A DNA stretch of 64,000 nucleotides from Octopus sinensis. Taxonomy: Eukaryota. Positions 26,005 through 38,572 of this stretch are shown here, piece after piece (the first letter of the stretch is position 1; each line of letters starts with the position of its first letter). The stretch spans positions 160,642,001 to 160,706,000 of the forward strand of contig NC_042998.1 of NCBI RefSeq assembly GCF_006345805.1. The letters are read 5' to 3'. The position numbers and the translations under genes were made by a program. The notes below the pieces were generated by a model. It saw only the letters and a list, made by a program, of their open reading frames with translations, had not been told where the DNA came from and did no database searches.

Positions 26005-26868
26005 AGAATCAACCTAGCCAAAACCAAAGTCTTAATAAGTAGGAAGGTAGACCAATCACAAACGCCTTCAGGTAGATGGCCCTGCTCGATCTGTAGAAAA
26101 GGTGTAGGTAGAAACTCTATAAGATGCACCAAGTGTAAGCTATGGACACATAAGAGGTGCAGCAATGTCAAAGGAAGGCTAACTAGGAAGATGGTTTTTG
26201 TATGTGGCAGATGCTCAGGAACAATTAACACTGAAAATGCTCTGAGACCAACTTCCGTCACTTTCCAGGGAGAAAAGCTAGAAGTAGTTGATAGTTTCCG
26301 TTACCTAGGTGACCAAGTCAGTAGCGGGGGCGGGTGCGCTGAAAGTACAACTGCTAGAGTAAGAATAGCCTGGGCAAAGTTTAGAGAGCTCTTACCCCTG
26401 CTGGTGACAAAAGGCCTCTCGCTCAAAGTAAAAGGCAGACTGTATGATGCATGTGTACGTACAGCCATGCTACATGGTAGTGAAACTTGGGCTGTGACTG
26501 CTGAGGATTTGCATAAGCTCGCAAGAAATGAAGCTAGTATGCTCCGATGGATGTGTAACGTCAGTGTTCATAATCGACAGAGTGTAAGTACCTTGAGAGA
26601 AAAGTTGAACCTAAGAAGCATCAGTTGTTGTGTGCAAGAGAGACGTATGTGCTGGTATGGTCATGTGATGAGAATGGCTGAAGATAGTTGTGTGCGAAAG
26701 TGCCACACCCTGGCAGTTGAGGGGACCTGTGGAAGAGGTAGACCCAGGAAAACCTGGGTCGAGGCGGTGAAGCACGACCTTCGAACATTAGGTCTCACCA
26801 AGGAAATGACCAGTGACCGAGACCTTTGGAGGTATGCTGTGCGTGAGAAAACCCGGCAAGACCAGTGA
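26005..26868 (+). CDS. RTE LINE ORF2 C-terminal ~287 codons (RT 3' part with PHD-like finger), uninterrupted frame, 5'-truncated
   Basis: Open from AGA at 26005 (RINLAKTKVL...) to TGA at 26868; motifs DSFRYLGD, RVRIAWAKFREL, MLHGSETW, WYGHVMRM, GRGRPRKTW. Confidence 0.93.
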   Translation, partial: RINLAKTKVLISRKVDQSQTPSGRWPCSICRKGVGRNSIRCTKCKLWTHKRCSNVKGRLTRKMVFVCGRCSGTINTENALRPTSVTFQGEKLEVVDSFRYLGDQVSSGGGCAESTTARVRIAWAKFRELLPLLVTKGLSLKVKGRLYDACVRTAMLHGSETWAVTAEDLHKLARNEASMLRWMCNVSVHNRQSVSTLREKLNLRSISCCVQERRMCWYGHVMRMAEDSCVRKCHTLAVEGTCGRGRPRKTWVEAVKHDLRTLGLTKEMTSDRDLWRYAVREKTRQDQ

Positions 26869-26916
26869 GAACAGTCAAAATCAAGATCAAACCAAATTGA
26901 GGTCGATCAACATCAG

Positions 26917-27690
26917 GGCCCCCGTGCAGGTGACACGTAAAAGTACCATCCGTTCGTAGCCGTTTGCCAGCCCTGTCTGGCCCCCGTGTCGGTGGCACGT
27001 AAAAGCACCATCCGTTCGTGTTCGTTGCCAGCCTGGCCTGGCCCCCGTGCCGGTGACACGTAAAAGCACCATCCGTTTGTGGCCGTTTGCCAGCTCTGTC
27101 TGGCCCCCGTGCCAGTGACACGTAAAAGCACCATCCGTTCGTGGCCGTTTGCCAGCTCTGTCTGGCCCCCGTGCCGGTGACACGTAAAAGCACCATCCGT
27201 TCGTGGCCGTTTGCCAGCCCTGTCTGGCCCCCATGTCGGTGACATGTAAAAGCACCATCCGTTCGTGTCCGTTTGCCAGCCCTGTCTGGCCCCCATGTCA
27301 GTGACATGTAAAAGCACCATCTGTTCATGTCCGTTGCCAGCCTCGCCTGGCCCCCGTGCCGGTGACACGTAAAAGCACCATCCGTTCGTGGCCGTTTGCC
27401 AGCCCTGTCTGGCCCCCGTGTCGGTGGCATGTAAAAGCACCATCCGTTCGTGCCCGTTGCCAGCCTCGCCTAGCCCCCGTGCCGGTGACACGTAAAAGCA
27501 CCATCCGTTTCGTGGCTGTTTGCCAGCTCTGTCTGGCCCCCGTGTTGGTGGCACATAAAAGCACCATCCGTTCGTGTCCATTGCCAGCCTCGCCTGGCCC
27601 CGTGCCGGTGACACGTAAAAGCACCATCCGTTCATGGCCGTTTGCCAGCTCTGTCTGGCACCTGTGCAGGTGGCACGTAAAAAGCACCCA
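26917..27690 (+). repeat. ~61-62-bp CpG-rich tandem array (12 units plus a terminal partial) in the RTE 3' UTR
   Basis: CCCCGTGCCGGTGACACGTAAAAGCACCATCCGTTCGTGGCCGTTTGCCAGCCCTGTCTGGC repeated. Confidence 0.95.
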
Positions 27691-27862
27691 CTACACTCAC
27701 GGAGTGGTTGGCGTTAGGAAGGGCATCCAGCCGTAGAAACACTGCCAGATCTGACTGGGCCTGATGAAGCCTTCCAGCTTCACAGACCCCAGTTGAACCG
27801 TCCAACCCATGCTAGCATGGAGAACGGACGCTAAATGATGATGATGATGATGATGATGATGA
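27680..27862 (+). mobile_element. RTE terminal tail with (GAT)n
   Basis: CCCACTACACTCACGGAGTGGTTGGCGTTAGGAAGGGCATCC...CGGACGCTAAATGATGATGAT. Confidence 0.9.
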
Positions 27863-28029
27863 TTAATGATCTAGTTTTCATCCAATTAATTTTGCTCGTT
27901 TGAAATGTAATAAAATAGAATTTATGCTCAAATCTGACAATATAGTTGTTAAAGAAAAATGTTTTTCTGTAAAAAATATTGAAATCAATTTCACTCTGGT
28001 TTTGTAATACAACTTGAACATCTTGCTGT

Positions 28030-28265
28030 TCTTTTATCTTTTACTTATTTCAGGCAATGGATTGTGGCCATGCTGGGGCACACCTTGAAGGGTTTACTCA
28101 AACAAATTGACCCCAGTACTTGTTCTTTCAAGCCTGGTGCATATTCTGTTGGTCTCCTCTTGTTGAAGTGCTAGTCTATGGGAATATAAACAAACCAACA
28201 TTGGTTTTCAAGTGGTGGTGGTGGTGGTGAACATACGTAAACATAAAGACATACAAACATATATA

Positions 28266-28304
<39 letters not shown>

Positions 28305-28990
28305 TATATATATATAGGTGCAGGCATGGCTGTGTGGTAAGAAGCTTGCTTCCCAACCACAATATATCTGGGTTCAATCTCATTGCATGGCATCTTGAGC
28401 AAGTGTCTTCTATTATAGCCTTAGGTTGACCAAAGCTCTTTTGAGTGGATTTGGTAGATGGAAACTGAAAGAAGGCCATCATGTATATATATATATATAT
28501 ATACATATTAACTGTGGTGCATCAGCATGGCTGCAGCTCTGAGCTGAAACTAAAATTATATATATATATGTATGTATATATATTTGTCCCCTCCAACTAT
28601 GACTTGACAACTGATGTTGGTTTGTTTGCATTCCTGTAACTTAGCAGTTCGGCAAAAGCGACCAATAAAATAAGTACTAGGCTTACAAAGAATAAGTCCT
28701 GGTGTTGATTTGTTCAACTAAGGGCAGTGCTTCAGCATGGCCATAGTCAAATGACTGAAACAAGTAAAAGAATATAGACAAATATATGTATATACACACT
28801 CACTCATGTGCATGCATGCACACACACACACACACACAATATATGACAGACTTCTTTTGTTTCCATCTACCAAATCCAATCACAAGGCTTTGGCCGGCTC
28901 TGGGGCAATATTAGAAGACAGTTGCCCAATATGCCATACTGTGGGACTGAACCTGGAACCATGTGACTGTGAAGCAATCTTCTTATCATT
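28030..28990. mobile_element. Cluster of three SINE family 1 pieces (~28030-28260 -, 28315-28780 +, ~28800-28990 -)
   Basis: Family 1 motifs. Confidence 0.75.
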
Positions 28991-29255
28991 CAGCCTCATT
29001 GTCATCTCTCATCAAGATTTCATATTGGAAATTGATATTATCCTGACACAAATATTAGGGACTGTTCTGAAATTATAGAGTTTTGCAATATTTTGTATCA
29101 GGGACCAAATTAAGAGATGTTTAACTAGTAATTGGTACATCTGTATATGACTGAATTAAAACTACAAATATCCTACTTTCATCGCTATCTTATTTGTGAC
29201 TCATTGTTGAATAATTGTACTAAGATAATAGTACTTATATATATATATATATATA

Positions 29256-29953
29256 CTGAAGCTAAAAGTCTTCTTGTCTTTTGAAGTTCAATATAATTTT
29301 TGCAAGAGTTTCCATTTTTAAACAAAAGAGAAGAGGGTGGAATAGGAAAGACATCGGAAACAAAGGTAATTATACATACATCTTGAAAGGAAATAATATA
29401 AGAACACAGGTACATGTACACACTCACAAACACAAAACCATGCATAGACACACGAGCTCATACACACATATACATGTGTGCATGCACACATACATACACA
29501 TAGATTTTTACTGATGAAAGAATCAAGTATCTGGAAATTCTTCATGCTTAAAAATTATTTATGGGAAGAGTGATTAAATAAACATAACAAGAAAAAAACC
29601 CCAAGAATTTACCCCATTATCATCAACAATAACAATAACGACAAAAGAAATAGGAATGACAAAACATTTATCAAGTCTGTGTGCATGTTCATTATCATCT
29701 TTTCTAAACTGATTTTCCAAGAATATATCTGCAAAATTAGCACCTCATTAGTGCATTCACTTGACAGAATCATTTCTATGAACTCTTCACAATAAATCTC
29801 CTGCTTCTTTTGCAAAGTTGCTCTCAGTCAAGTGAGCTTCTATTCCAACTTGAGTATAACACTTGACATGGATCATGTCTACGGCAGCTATTCTCCCCTT
29901 CACACTCCACTTTGCTTCAACCTATATTTGTTCATGTCAACTAGAGTTTCCTA

Positions 29954-30017
<64 letters not shown>

Positions 30018-30128
30018 ATACATACATATGTATATACATATATATATATATATATACATATACACATATGTATACATATATATCTATATATACATATATA
30101 TACATATATGCATATATATATACATACA

Positions 30129-30168
<40 letters not shown>

Positions 30169-30198
30169 TATACATACATTATATATATACATATATAT

Positions 30199-30243
<45 letters not shown>

Positions 30244-30281
30244 TACATATATATATATATACATACATTCATACCTATATG

Positions 30282-30334
<53 letters not shown>

Positions 30335-31056
30335 CTATATATACATATATATATATATACTGAAGCTAAAAGTCTTCTTGTCTTTTGAAGTTCAATATAA
30401 TTTTTGCAAGAGTTTCCATTTTTAAACAAAAGAGAAGAGGGTGGAATAGGAAAGACATCGGAAACAAAGGTAATTATACATACATCTTGAAAGGAATAAT
30501 ATAAGAACACAGGTACATGTACACACTCACAAACACAAAACCATGCATAGACACACGAGCTCATACACACATATACATGTGTGCATGCACACATACATAC
30601 ACATAGATTTTTACTGATGAAAGAATCAAGTATCTGGAAATTCTTCATGCTTAAAAATTATTTATGGGAAGAGTGATTAAATAAACATAACAAGAAAAAA
30701 ACCCCAAGAATTTACCCCATTATCATCAACAATAACAATAACGACAAAAGAAATAGGAATGACAAAACATTTATCAAGTCTGTGTGCATGTTCATTATCA
30801 TCTTTTCTAAACTGATTTTCCAAGAATATATCTGCAAAATTAGCACCTCATTAGTGCATTCACTTGACAGAATCATTTCTATGAACTCTTCACAATAAAT
30901 CTCCTGCTTCTTTTGCAAAGTTGCTCTCAGTCAAGTGAGCTTCTATTCCAACTTGAGTATAACACTTGACATGGATCATGTCTACGGCAGCTATTCTCCC
31001 CTTCACACTCCACTTTGCTTCAACCTATATTTGTTCATGTCAACTAGAGTTTCCTA

Positions 31057-31116
<60 letters not shown>

Positions 31117-31227
31117 ATACATACATATGTATATACATATATATATATATATATACATATACACATATGTATACATATATATCTATATATACATATATAT
31201 ACATATATGCATATATATATACATACA

Positions 31228-31269
<42 letters not shown>

Positions 31270-31297
31270 TATACATACATTATATATATACATATAT

Positions 31298-31340
<43 letters not shown>

Positions 31341-31413
31341 TACATATATATATATATACATACATTCATACCTATATGTACATACATATATATATACATA
31401 TATATATATATAT

Positions 31414-31453
<40 letters not shown>

Positions 31454-31460
31454 TATATAT
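29256..31460. repeat. Near-perfect 1104-bp tandem duplication (29256-30359 / 30360-~31460) bounded by (TA)n
   Basis: The ~700-bp unique parts differ, as far as I could see, only by three 1-bp homopolymer indels. Confidence 0.95.
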
Positions 31461-31920
31461 ACACATATACATACAGACACACAGATATATATATATACAC
31501 ACACACAAACTAATATATGTGTGTGTATGTATGTATGTATATGTATCAGGGCTAAAACATAATTCATGGTATCTATTTTATTTAACTTTGCGTATGTGTG
31601 TGTATGTGTGTGCATGGATGCATGCATGCATCCATGCACACACATGCGTGTGTATTTTCAATATACTTTGTGGATTTTTTCATTTATTATTTTTCTCTCT
31701 TCTTGCCACTTTGGAAAACTCATTAAAAAAATGGGCTGAAAGTAAGTTGCGATGAAATTACAGATCAGCTTTTATCTCGAACAATCTTTTCAAAAATATA
31801 CTCAATATTTTTACAGTTTGGACAATGAAGCTTCGTTTTAGCCTTCCTTATATACATAGGTATATATATACATATATATATTTATATCTATATACATACA
31901 CACACACATGTGTGTGTGTG

Positions 31921-32150
31921 TGTGGAGGTGCATGGTTAAATGATTAAGGTGTTGGAATCATTGAAAGATTGTAATTTCAATTCCTGGACCAAGCAATGCA
32001 GTGTGTTCTTGAGCAGGACACTTTCTTTTATGTTGCTCCACTCAACTGACAAAAATGACTAATCCTGCAATGGACTGGCATCCTATCCAGTGAGGAATAT
32101 ATGCAACACAGAAACCGAGAAAGCCCATATGATTTGGGAAGGAGTTTTAT
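31921..32150 (+). mobile_element. tRNA-derived SINE family 4, degraded
   Basis: GTGGAGGTGCATGGTTAAATGATTAAGG...GTGTTCTTGAGCAGGACAC...TTGCTCCACTCAACTG. Confidence 0.7.
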
Positions 32151-32163
32151 CCTTTATTATGTA

Positions 32164-32413
32164 TTGGGTTGGTGCATAATTATTGCGGCTTTTTTTCAAC
32201 AAATTTTATTCAACAAAAGCAATAACGATATTTAACAAAAACATCTTTAAATGACAGTTTAACCGCCTGCCAAGCAAATGGAAAGCAGTAATTGAAGTAG
32301 ATGGTGAATATGCTCTGGAATAATCATTTAAAGATGTTTTCGTTACATGTTGTTATTGTTTTTGTTGAATAAAATTTATTAAAAAAAGCCACAATAATTA
32401 TGCACCAACCTAA
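32164..32413 (+). mobile_element. Mariner-derived MITE with long TIRs and TA target duplication
   Basis: TA|TTGGGTTGGTGCATAATTATTG... ...CAATAATTATGCACCAACCTAA|TA; internal remnant translates RLPSKWKAVIEVDGEY, like a mariner transposase C-terminus. Confidence 0.9.
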
Positions 32414-32689
32414 TATATATATCTGTGTATGTATATGTGTGTCTAAGCACAAATACAAAAAAAAAATTTCATCCAAGTATTATCTTCTGTTCAACTTCTA
32501 CATCCTTTTCTTTCTCTTAACTGTTACAACAGCGAAGGCTCATAACGTCATTTTCCTTAAACTAGAATGTATAATTTTCACGTTCATATTTGAATTTTTT
32601 GCATTTCAATTTTTCACTGTTTTTTACTCATTCTCAAAGTTGATGGACATAAAACCGAATCAGAAAATCTCTTGTAAGACTTTTTTTAT

Positions 32690-32745
32690 TGATGTACCCA
32701 AGGAGACCCAGAATGGGTCGAAACGTGTCGTACCCTATAAAATAT
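32690..32745 (+). ncRNA. Decayed hammerhead-ribozyme-like motif (Penelope pLTR type)
   Basis: CCAAGGA (2 changes from CUGANGA)-GACCC agaat GGGTC-GAAA-CG tgt CG-TA; stem II perfect, stem I partial. Confidence 0.45.
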
Positions 32746-32776
32746 TTTACTCACTCCATCTATTTTATTAATACTG

Positions 32777-32812
<36 letters not shown>

Positions 32813-33019
32813 TTAGCAATTAAGGACAACTACTTAATAAGGAAAACTTAACAAGAAATTGTCAGGTAGATAGCGTAAAAACCTCATAAGAGAAAAAATT
32901 TCGAAAATAATTATTTCTTATTGAACATATTAATTTATATATAGAGGGCATTATACATACATGCCAGGAGGCATTGTATATACATGCCAAACGCTATATA
33001 TATATATATATATATATAC

Positions 33020-33195
33020 ATGATGGGCTTCTTTCAGTTTCTTCTACCAAATCCACTCGCAAATCCTTGGTTGGCCTGTGGCTACAGTAGAAGACACTTG
33101 CTCAAGGTGCCTCACAATGGGACTGCACCTGGGAAACAATCTTCATACCTCACAGCCATGCCTGTACCTATATATATATATATAGAGAGAGAGAG

Positions 33196-33276
<81 letters not shown>

Positions 33277-33465
33277 CAGATCAATTGATATGCATTTGTA
33301 TGCACACACATACACATATACAAACTTCTTCCAATATTCACCTACTAGATCCACTCACAAGGCTTTGGTTGACCAAAGGATATTGTAGAAGACACTTGGT
33401 GAAGATGATGCAGAGTGGGACTGAACCCAAATACACATGGTTAGGAATCAAGCCATGCCTGTGTC
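33020..33465 (-). mobile_element. Two SINE family 1 5' halves separated by (GATA)n
   Basis: GGCTTCTTTCAGTTTC...AATCCACTC...AGAAGACACTTG motifs twice. Confidence 0.75.
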
Positions 33466-33474
33466 TAAGAGTGA

Positions 33475-33516
<42 letters not shown>

Positions 33517-33713
33517 CTATGTATTTGAAAAAATGTATAGAAATGGATTTTCTGATAATTTTTCCACTTTAATAATTAGTTGTTTATAAGTTTGAAAATG
33601 TGACTCCAATAGGAGTTTCACACTTAAAAGTGGTTTGCAGACTGATATTTAAGAGTTTGTTATTCTCTGTTTAAATATATAATACTGTATCAAGGATTTT
33701 CTTTTTCTTATTC

Positions 33714-33761
<48 letters not shown>

Positions 33762-33849
33762 GCACACACACACACATACATACAAATATTCATATATATA
33801 TATATATGTACACACATATATATGTTATAGAAAAAATGGATGGGTTATG

Positions 33850-34250
33850 TCCAAAGTTTTAGGTCATATATTAAGTTGTGAAATCATGTTTCATATTTCT
33901 GGCTCAATCTTTTGAAATCCAATTTTTTCCAGACCATATCTGCTATTGGGCACCCAAATTTTTAATCAGTTTTTTCCACCTCTTGGTTTTTCACTTTCGT
34001 TGTGAATTTTAACATTCTCCTCTGGTGCACATCTCAATTTCACTAGGTGGATGTCTACTCAGTTACCTTCTACTACTTGACCAATTTTTTATTTCTGTTT
34101 TTAAGAATTTCTTTCTTCTCAGCCAATACTCTAAGTTGTTTTGAGATCGAATGGTTCATCTGATAGTTCTACCATATAACAACAAGAATTTTGTGAAAAT
34201 ATCTAATTTTGAATGGTGACAATTTCATTTCAGTGTTTCTGTTTGAATAA
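33850..34250 (-). mobile_element. Highly decayed RTE-like LINE fragment
   Basis: Frameshifted EIEMC-RRMLKF-TKVKNQEV resembles the RTE motif FEMWCYRRMLKISW..KV.NEEV; many stops. Confidence 0.4.
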
Positions 34251-34321
34251 GTCCATGTTACCCTCACAGCACAATTACAGTTACTATGGCAGTTTATACT
34301 TAACTTGTTGCAAGTTAGCAT

Positions 34322-34550
34322 TTATTCCTTTAGCATTTAAACTGGCCATAAATGTCCAAAATATTCCACCTGTTTTATATTGAAACTGGTAAGATCTGGC
34401 CTCTCATGCCAACCCTACAATATTAATCTAAAAATTTAACAGATACTCCATCAAAATCTCAAAGCTACAAGATAATGCATGATTAATTCAAAACAATGTT
34501 AATAAATAAGCATTACTTTTGAGAGAATAATGTGAATGCTAAATGGTTAA
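34322..34550. mobile_element. TTAA MITE copy
   Basis: CCTTTAGCATT...GATAATGCATGATTAATTCAAAACAATG...GAATGCTAAATGGTTAA. Confidence 0.75.
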
Positions 34551-36009
34551 GGAGACATTGAAGTAGAGTAAAAGTTCTAAAGTAAGAAAGTCTACTCAAA
34601 GTGTGATGAAACAGAAAATATAGTTGAAAAGTAGGCTGGTTTCTTATCCTGTCACAGTTATTCTTGTTCATACCACTTTACCATAGAAGATTAGAGAAAA
34701 ATAATTTGTGCAATTTATAATAATTCTACATCTGTTTTTGTAGTGAGTAGTATTGAACATACCACAATCATTATGATCTCATTAGTTGTAAATAATATTC
34801 TGGTTTCAAAATTTTATGTCACTCATCCTTCCATTCTCATCCTATAGTCTTCTGCAGTTACCATTCTTCTCGTCCAGTAGATGTAATCATTATTCGCACG
34901 TAAACTGTAAGAGTTGTTTTTATTCCTTAGCTAAGTGTTTACTCCTTTTCACTATTACTTTGTAGCAATATTTTACCAGTTATACATTTAGTTTTTAGAT
35001 TTGTGTACCTGAGATGACACAACCACAACACCTTCCGTTCTTAAAGTCACACTTCAAACTAATGAGATGTGTTGGTTATAAATAAGCAAAGACGATCATA
35101 TAAAAAATAGAATACTAAATAGCAACTTTGAATTAATTCTACATTTAAGTAGCATTCTCATGGTTTCTAGTTTATCTCTTAAAAGGGGAAAATATAATTA
35201 AATAAACAACCAAACTACAATGCTTTCTTTGTAATATCAAGTTCATTCAAATGATGAAATCTGTAAAATAGAATTATCTTTATTATCTAAGCATCACACT
35301 AGTTTCTCTCCATTAAAACAACTGATAAAATCTATTTTATTCTTATAAAAACAATATTATGTTTTGCTTTTGTTTTTATTTCTAGCATTTCCAATATAGA
35401 TATATCACTTCATTTTGAGAATAGGAAAAAAACAACACAAAAACAAAATGAAACAAAACAAAATAAAATATTCCTAGACAAGTTTGCTGAGCTAATTTTT
35501 AATATAGTTGGAACCATAGTAAATTATATTGTATATTCTTCAAATTTGAAGTAATCTATGATAGCTTACCATCATTGATCATTATAAATATAATTTACGA
35601 AAAAAAAAAGCCAAAAATATTGACTAATATTTTCGATGTTAAGCAATCATTCAATTCAGATAAAAATCTCTTTGAAGATGCTAAAGAGATATCAGAATAG
35701 ATGTTTTTTTAAATATAAAAAAAAGTTTGATGAGCATTTGGATCACTGGATGGTTCATGTTTGCTATTATTGTTGCAAGATTATTTCAAACTCCAGTGTT
35801 TCAGTCATAAAACTTTTAGCGATGATAAAGGAATATACATATATCATTTAAAATACACAAGGTTTAAATTTGAGTTACTATTAGTTTCATGCTGGCAAAA
35901 CACAATAAACTGACAAGCTTGTATAGTATGCTTTGTGTTTCCAAGCAATTTTTCAGACAGAAATATACAACCTGGCACAATAAAGCACAACACATAACCA
36001 AAGATCAGG

Positions 36010-37189
36010 CTGTGATAAAAACTGGGCATGAGAAGAATCTGATGTAGTGTGCAAGGAAGAAAGCTGTGTCAGTATGGACAAGTGATGTGTATGGATGAGG
36101 ACAGCTGTATAAAGAAGTGCCAATCACTAAATGTGGCTGGAGCTTGTGGATGAGGAAGACATGGGATGAAGTGATGAAGGCTGGTCTCATGATCCTGAAC
36201 CTCCCAGAGAAGAAAACAAAGGACTAGGATATAAGTTCTTGAGAAGGCCTACCCATCACAGCTAAACTGACTTCTAGAAGCACCGTGTGTCACATCGTCA
36301 TCATCACCATTATCTTTTAATGTCTTTTAATGTCTGCTGGCATGGCTTGTGTGTGCATATATTAAATATAGGAAATGCAAGGAGTATATGTCACTTGACA
36401 TATACATTGAGTGCTCAGATTGGTTTAACACTAAAACTCTGTCCACTGTCAAAACTGTCCCACAACCCATCTTCTAAACACCCCCCTTCCCTCCACCCAT
36501 GATAATCACCCACTGCAGACCCCTTCCACTCTCCTGCACCTGCATATTCCTCATGCCCTCACATATCTAACATGCACCCCCCTTCCCAGCCACTCCAATT
36601 TCTCTCACCATCACTGGCTACAGTCATCTCTTCCCCATCTCTAAACATCTCCCTTCTCATTATTATGAAACATTCCCTTCTATCCCCTCTGCACTACTTA
36701 TATTCCCCCATTGTACCCCGTGGGCAGGTCCCTAATGCATTTCCATCACCATCATTTTCTCTCTCTGTCTGTTTCTCTATCTTTCTCTCAAACACTATCT
36801 TTCCTTCCTCTCTTTTCCTTTCATACTGGGGTAGCCAAGTATCTTCTCTATAGTAAAGCACTTATCTCTATCCCTCTATTATACTTTAACCGCTCAACTG
36901 GCACAAAGCCACCTCCCTCAGTACCACTCCTTCTCACAGCCAAGAGTCTTTGCCTTTTATTTGTATATATATATAGGTCTTTGCCAGTACCACTTGACCG
37001 GCCTTCGTGCTGGTGGCCCGTAAAATCACCCACTACACTCTCTGAGTGGTTGATGTTAGGAAGGACATCAAGCTGCAGAAACTCTGCCAGATCAGATTGG
37101 AGCTTGGTGCAGCAATCTGGTTCGCCAGTCCTCAGTCAAATCGTCCAACCCATGCCAGCATGGAAAGCAGATGTTAAACGATGATGACA
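36010..37189 (+). mobile_element. Decayed RTE 3' end with long pyrimidine-rich 3' UTR and the shared terminal tail
   Basis: 36010-36250 aligns with the QERR..WYGHV..MDEDSC..K..TW region; 36430-36950 is homologous to 45060-45550; tail 37020-37189. Confidence 0.75.
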
Positions 37190-37748
37190 TATGTGTGTTT
37201 GTGTGTATGTATATATATATACATATATATACATATATATATGTATATATATATATATGTGTATATATATGTATTTATATATACATGTGTATATATATAT
37301 ATATTTTTTTTTTTTTTCACCTGTTTCCGAATTATATTACTTTGCGGTTAGAGTTATGGCTGCTCTGTCTAGTGGACGAATGGCCTGTTAAGGCCATTCC
37401 TAAATTGTTATATATATATATATATATATACACATGTGTGTATATATATATAAGAAATGTAACTGGACGTGGATTGTTGGCGACTTACCTATTTTTCCTT
37501 CTTTCTCTTTGGACTTTGCTCTTTTCACCAAAGAGCTATGCTTGAAACATTAACAACTCTTTCCTTTCAATGAGCATCAAATTAATATATTGCTTGTGCA
37601 TGTCCTCACCTTCGTTTTTTGTTTTTTTACTCTGGTTTTTAATTGTCTGTTCTTTGAATTGACTATATATAAAAATATATGTATATATATATATATACAC
37701 ACACACACACATACATACATATATATATATATATATTATATATATATA

Positions 37749-37801
<53 letters not shown>

Positions 37802-38349
37802 TACATACCCACCACACACACATATATATATATATTTATATTTACATACACATACATACACATATAACACAGTCTTATAACATTCTTAATCATTAAGTGT
37901 TATCATTTTTGGTAACAGATCCAATTTTTGCTGGTGCTCCAGTGTGGTCTGAGCTGGACTGTTTGGAACTAACTTAGGAGATATTGTTAATCTATTTGAT
38001 ATTGATTTAAATTGATAACTAAGTCATTATTATTAGATTGTTTTTTTTTTTTGCAAAGTTTAGAAATTTTGATCTCTGGTCAAATATAAATCATAAATTT
38101 AAAATCTTTTCACAATGAATTTTTTTTCCTTGTGTGAGAACATTCTAGAAAATCTGAACGTTGTAATGCATATATTGAGTCTAACAATTTAGAGAGTTAT
38201 GGCAACTTTACTAAATTATTTTGAACCTTTGATAATTTTCGTTTTAGATTAACTTTATATTGCACATAACTAATTCCAAGCATAGAAAAGAAGGTAAGTC
38301 ATTGAGAAGAGCTCAGATGAAATTCTCATTTCTTTCTTTTTACAATCTA

Positions 38350-38572
38350 CTGATATTGGTTTCAAATTTTGACTCAAGGCCAGCAATTTCTGAGAAGGTG
38401 GTAAGTCAATTACATCAGCCCCACTACTCAACTGGTACTTATCTTATCAACCTCAAAAGAATGAAAGGCAAAGTCAACCTTGGCAGAATTTGAACTCAAA
38501 ACATAGAGACAGATGAAATGCTGCTAAGCATTTTGCTTGATATACTAACAATCCTGCCAGCTCACCACCTAA
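38350..38572 (-). mobile_element. SINE family 2
   Basis: CAACTGGTACTTAT...GGCAAAGTCAACCTTGGCAGAATTTGAACTCA...CTGCCAGCTCACC. Confidence 0.85.

Noticed and set aside
26917-27690. CRISPR-like array
   Set aside because: Units are contiguous near-identical tandem repeats with only 6-nt variable loops, no unique spacers, no cas genes, and they lie in a eukaryotic LINE UTR
26795-27736. Long repetitive ORFs on both strands (211-240 aa)
   Set aside because: By-products of the GC-rich tandem array; antisense to the LINE and open in several frames
29510-29545. CTGATGA...GAAATTC hammerhead candidate in the duplicated block
   Set aside because: Stem II is only ~2 bp and there is no stem I pairing
29863-31755. 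YI/IY/TH-rich ORFs here and at 19.1, 22.4, 37.6 and 56.2 kb
   Set aside because: Translations of (TA)n/(CA)n microsatellites
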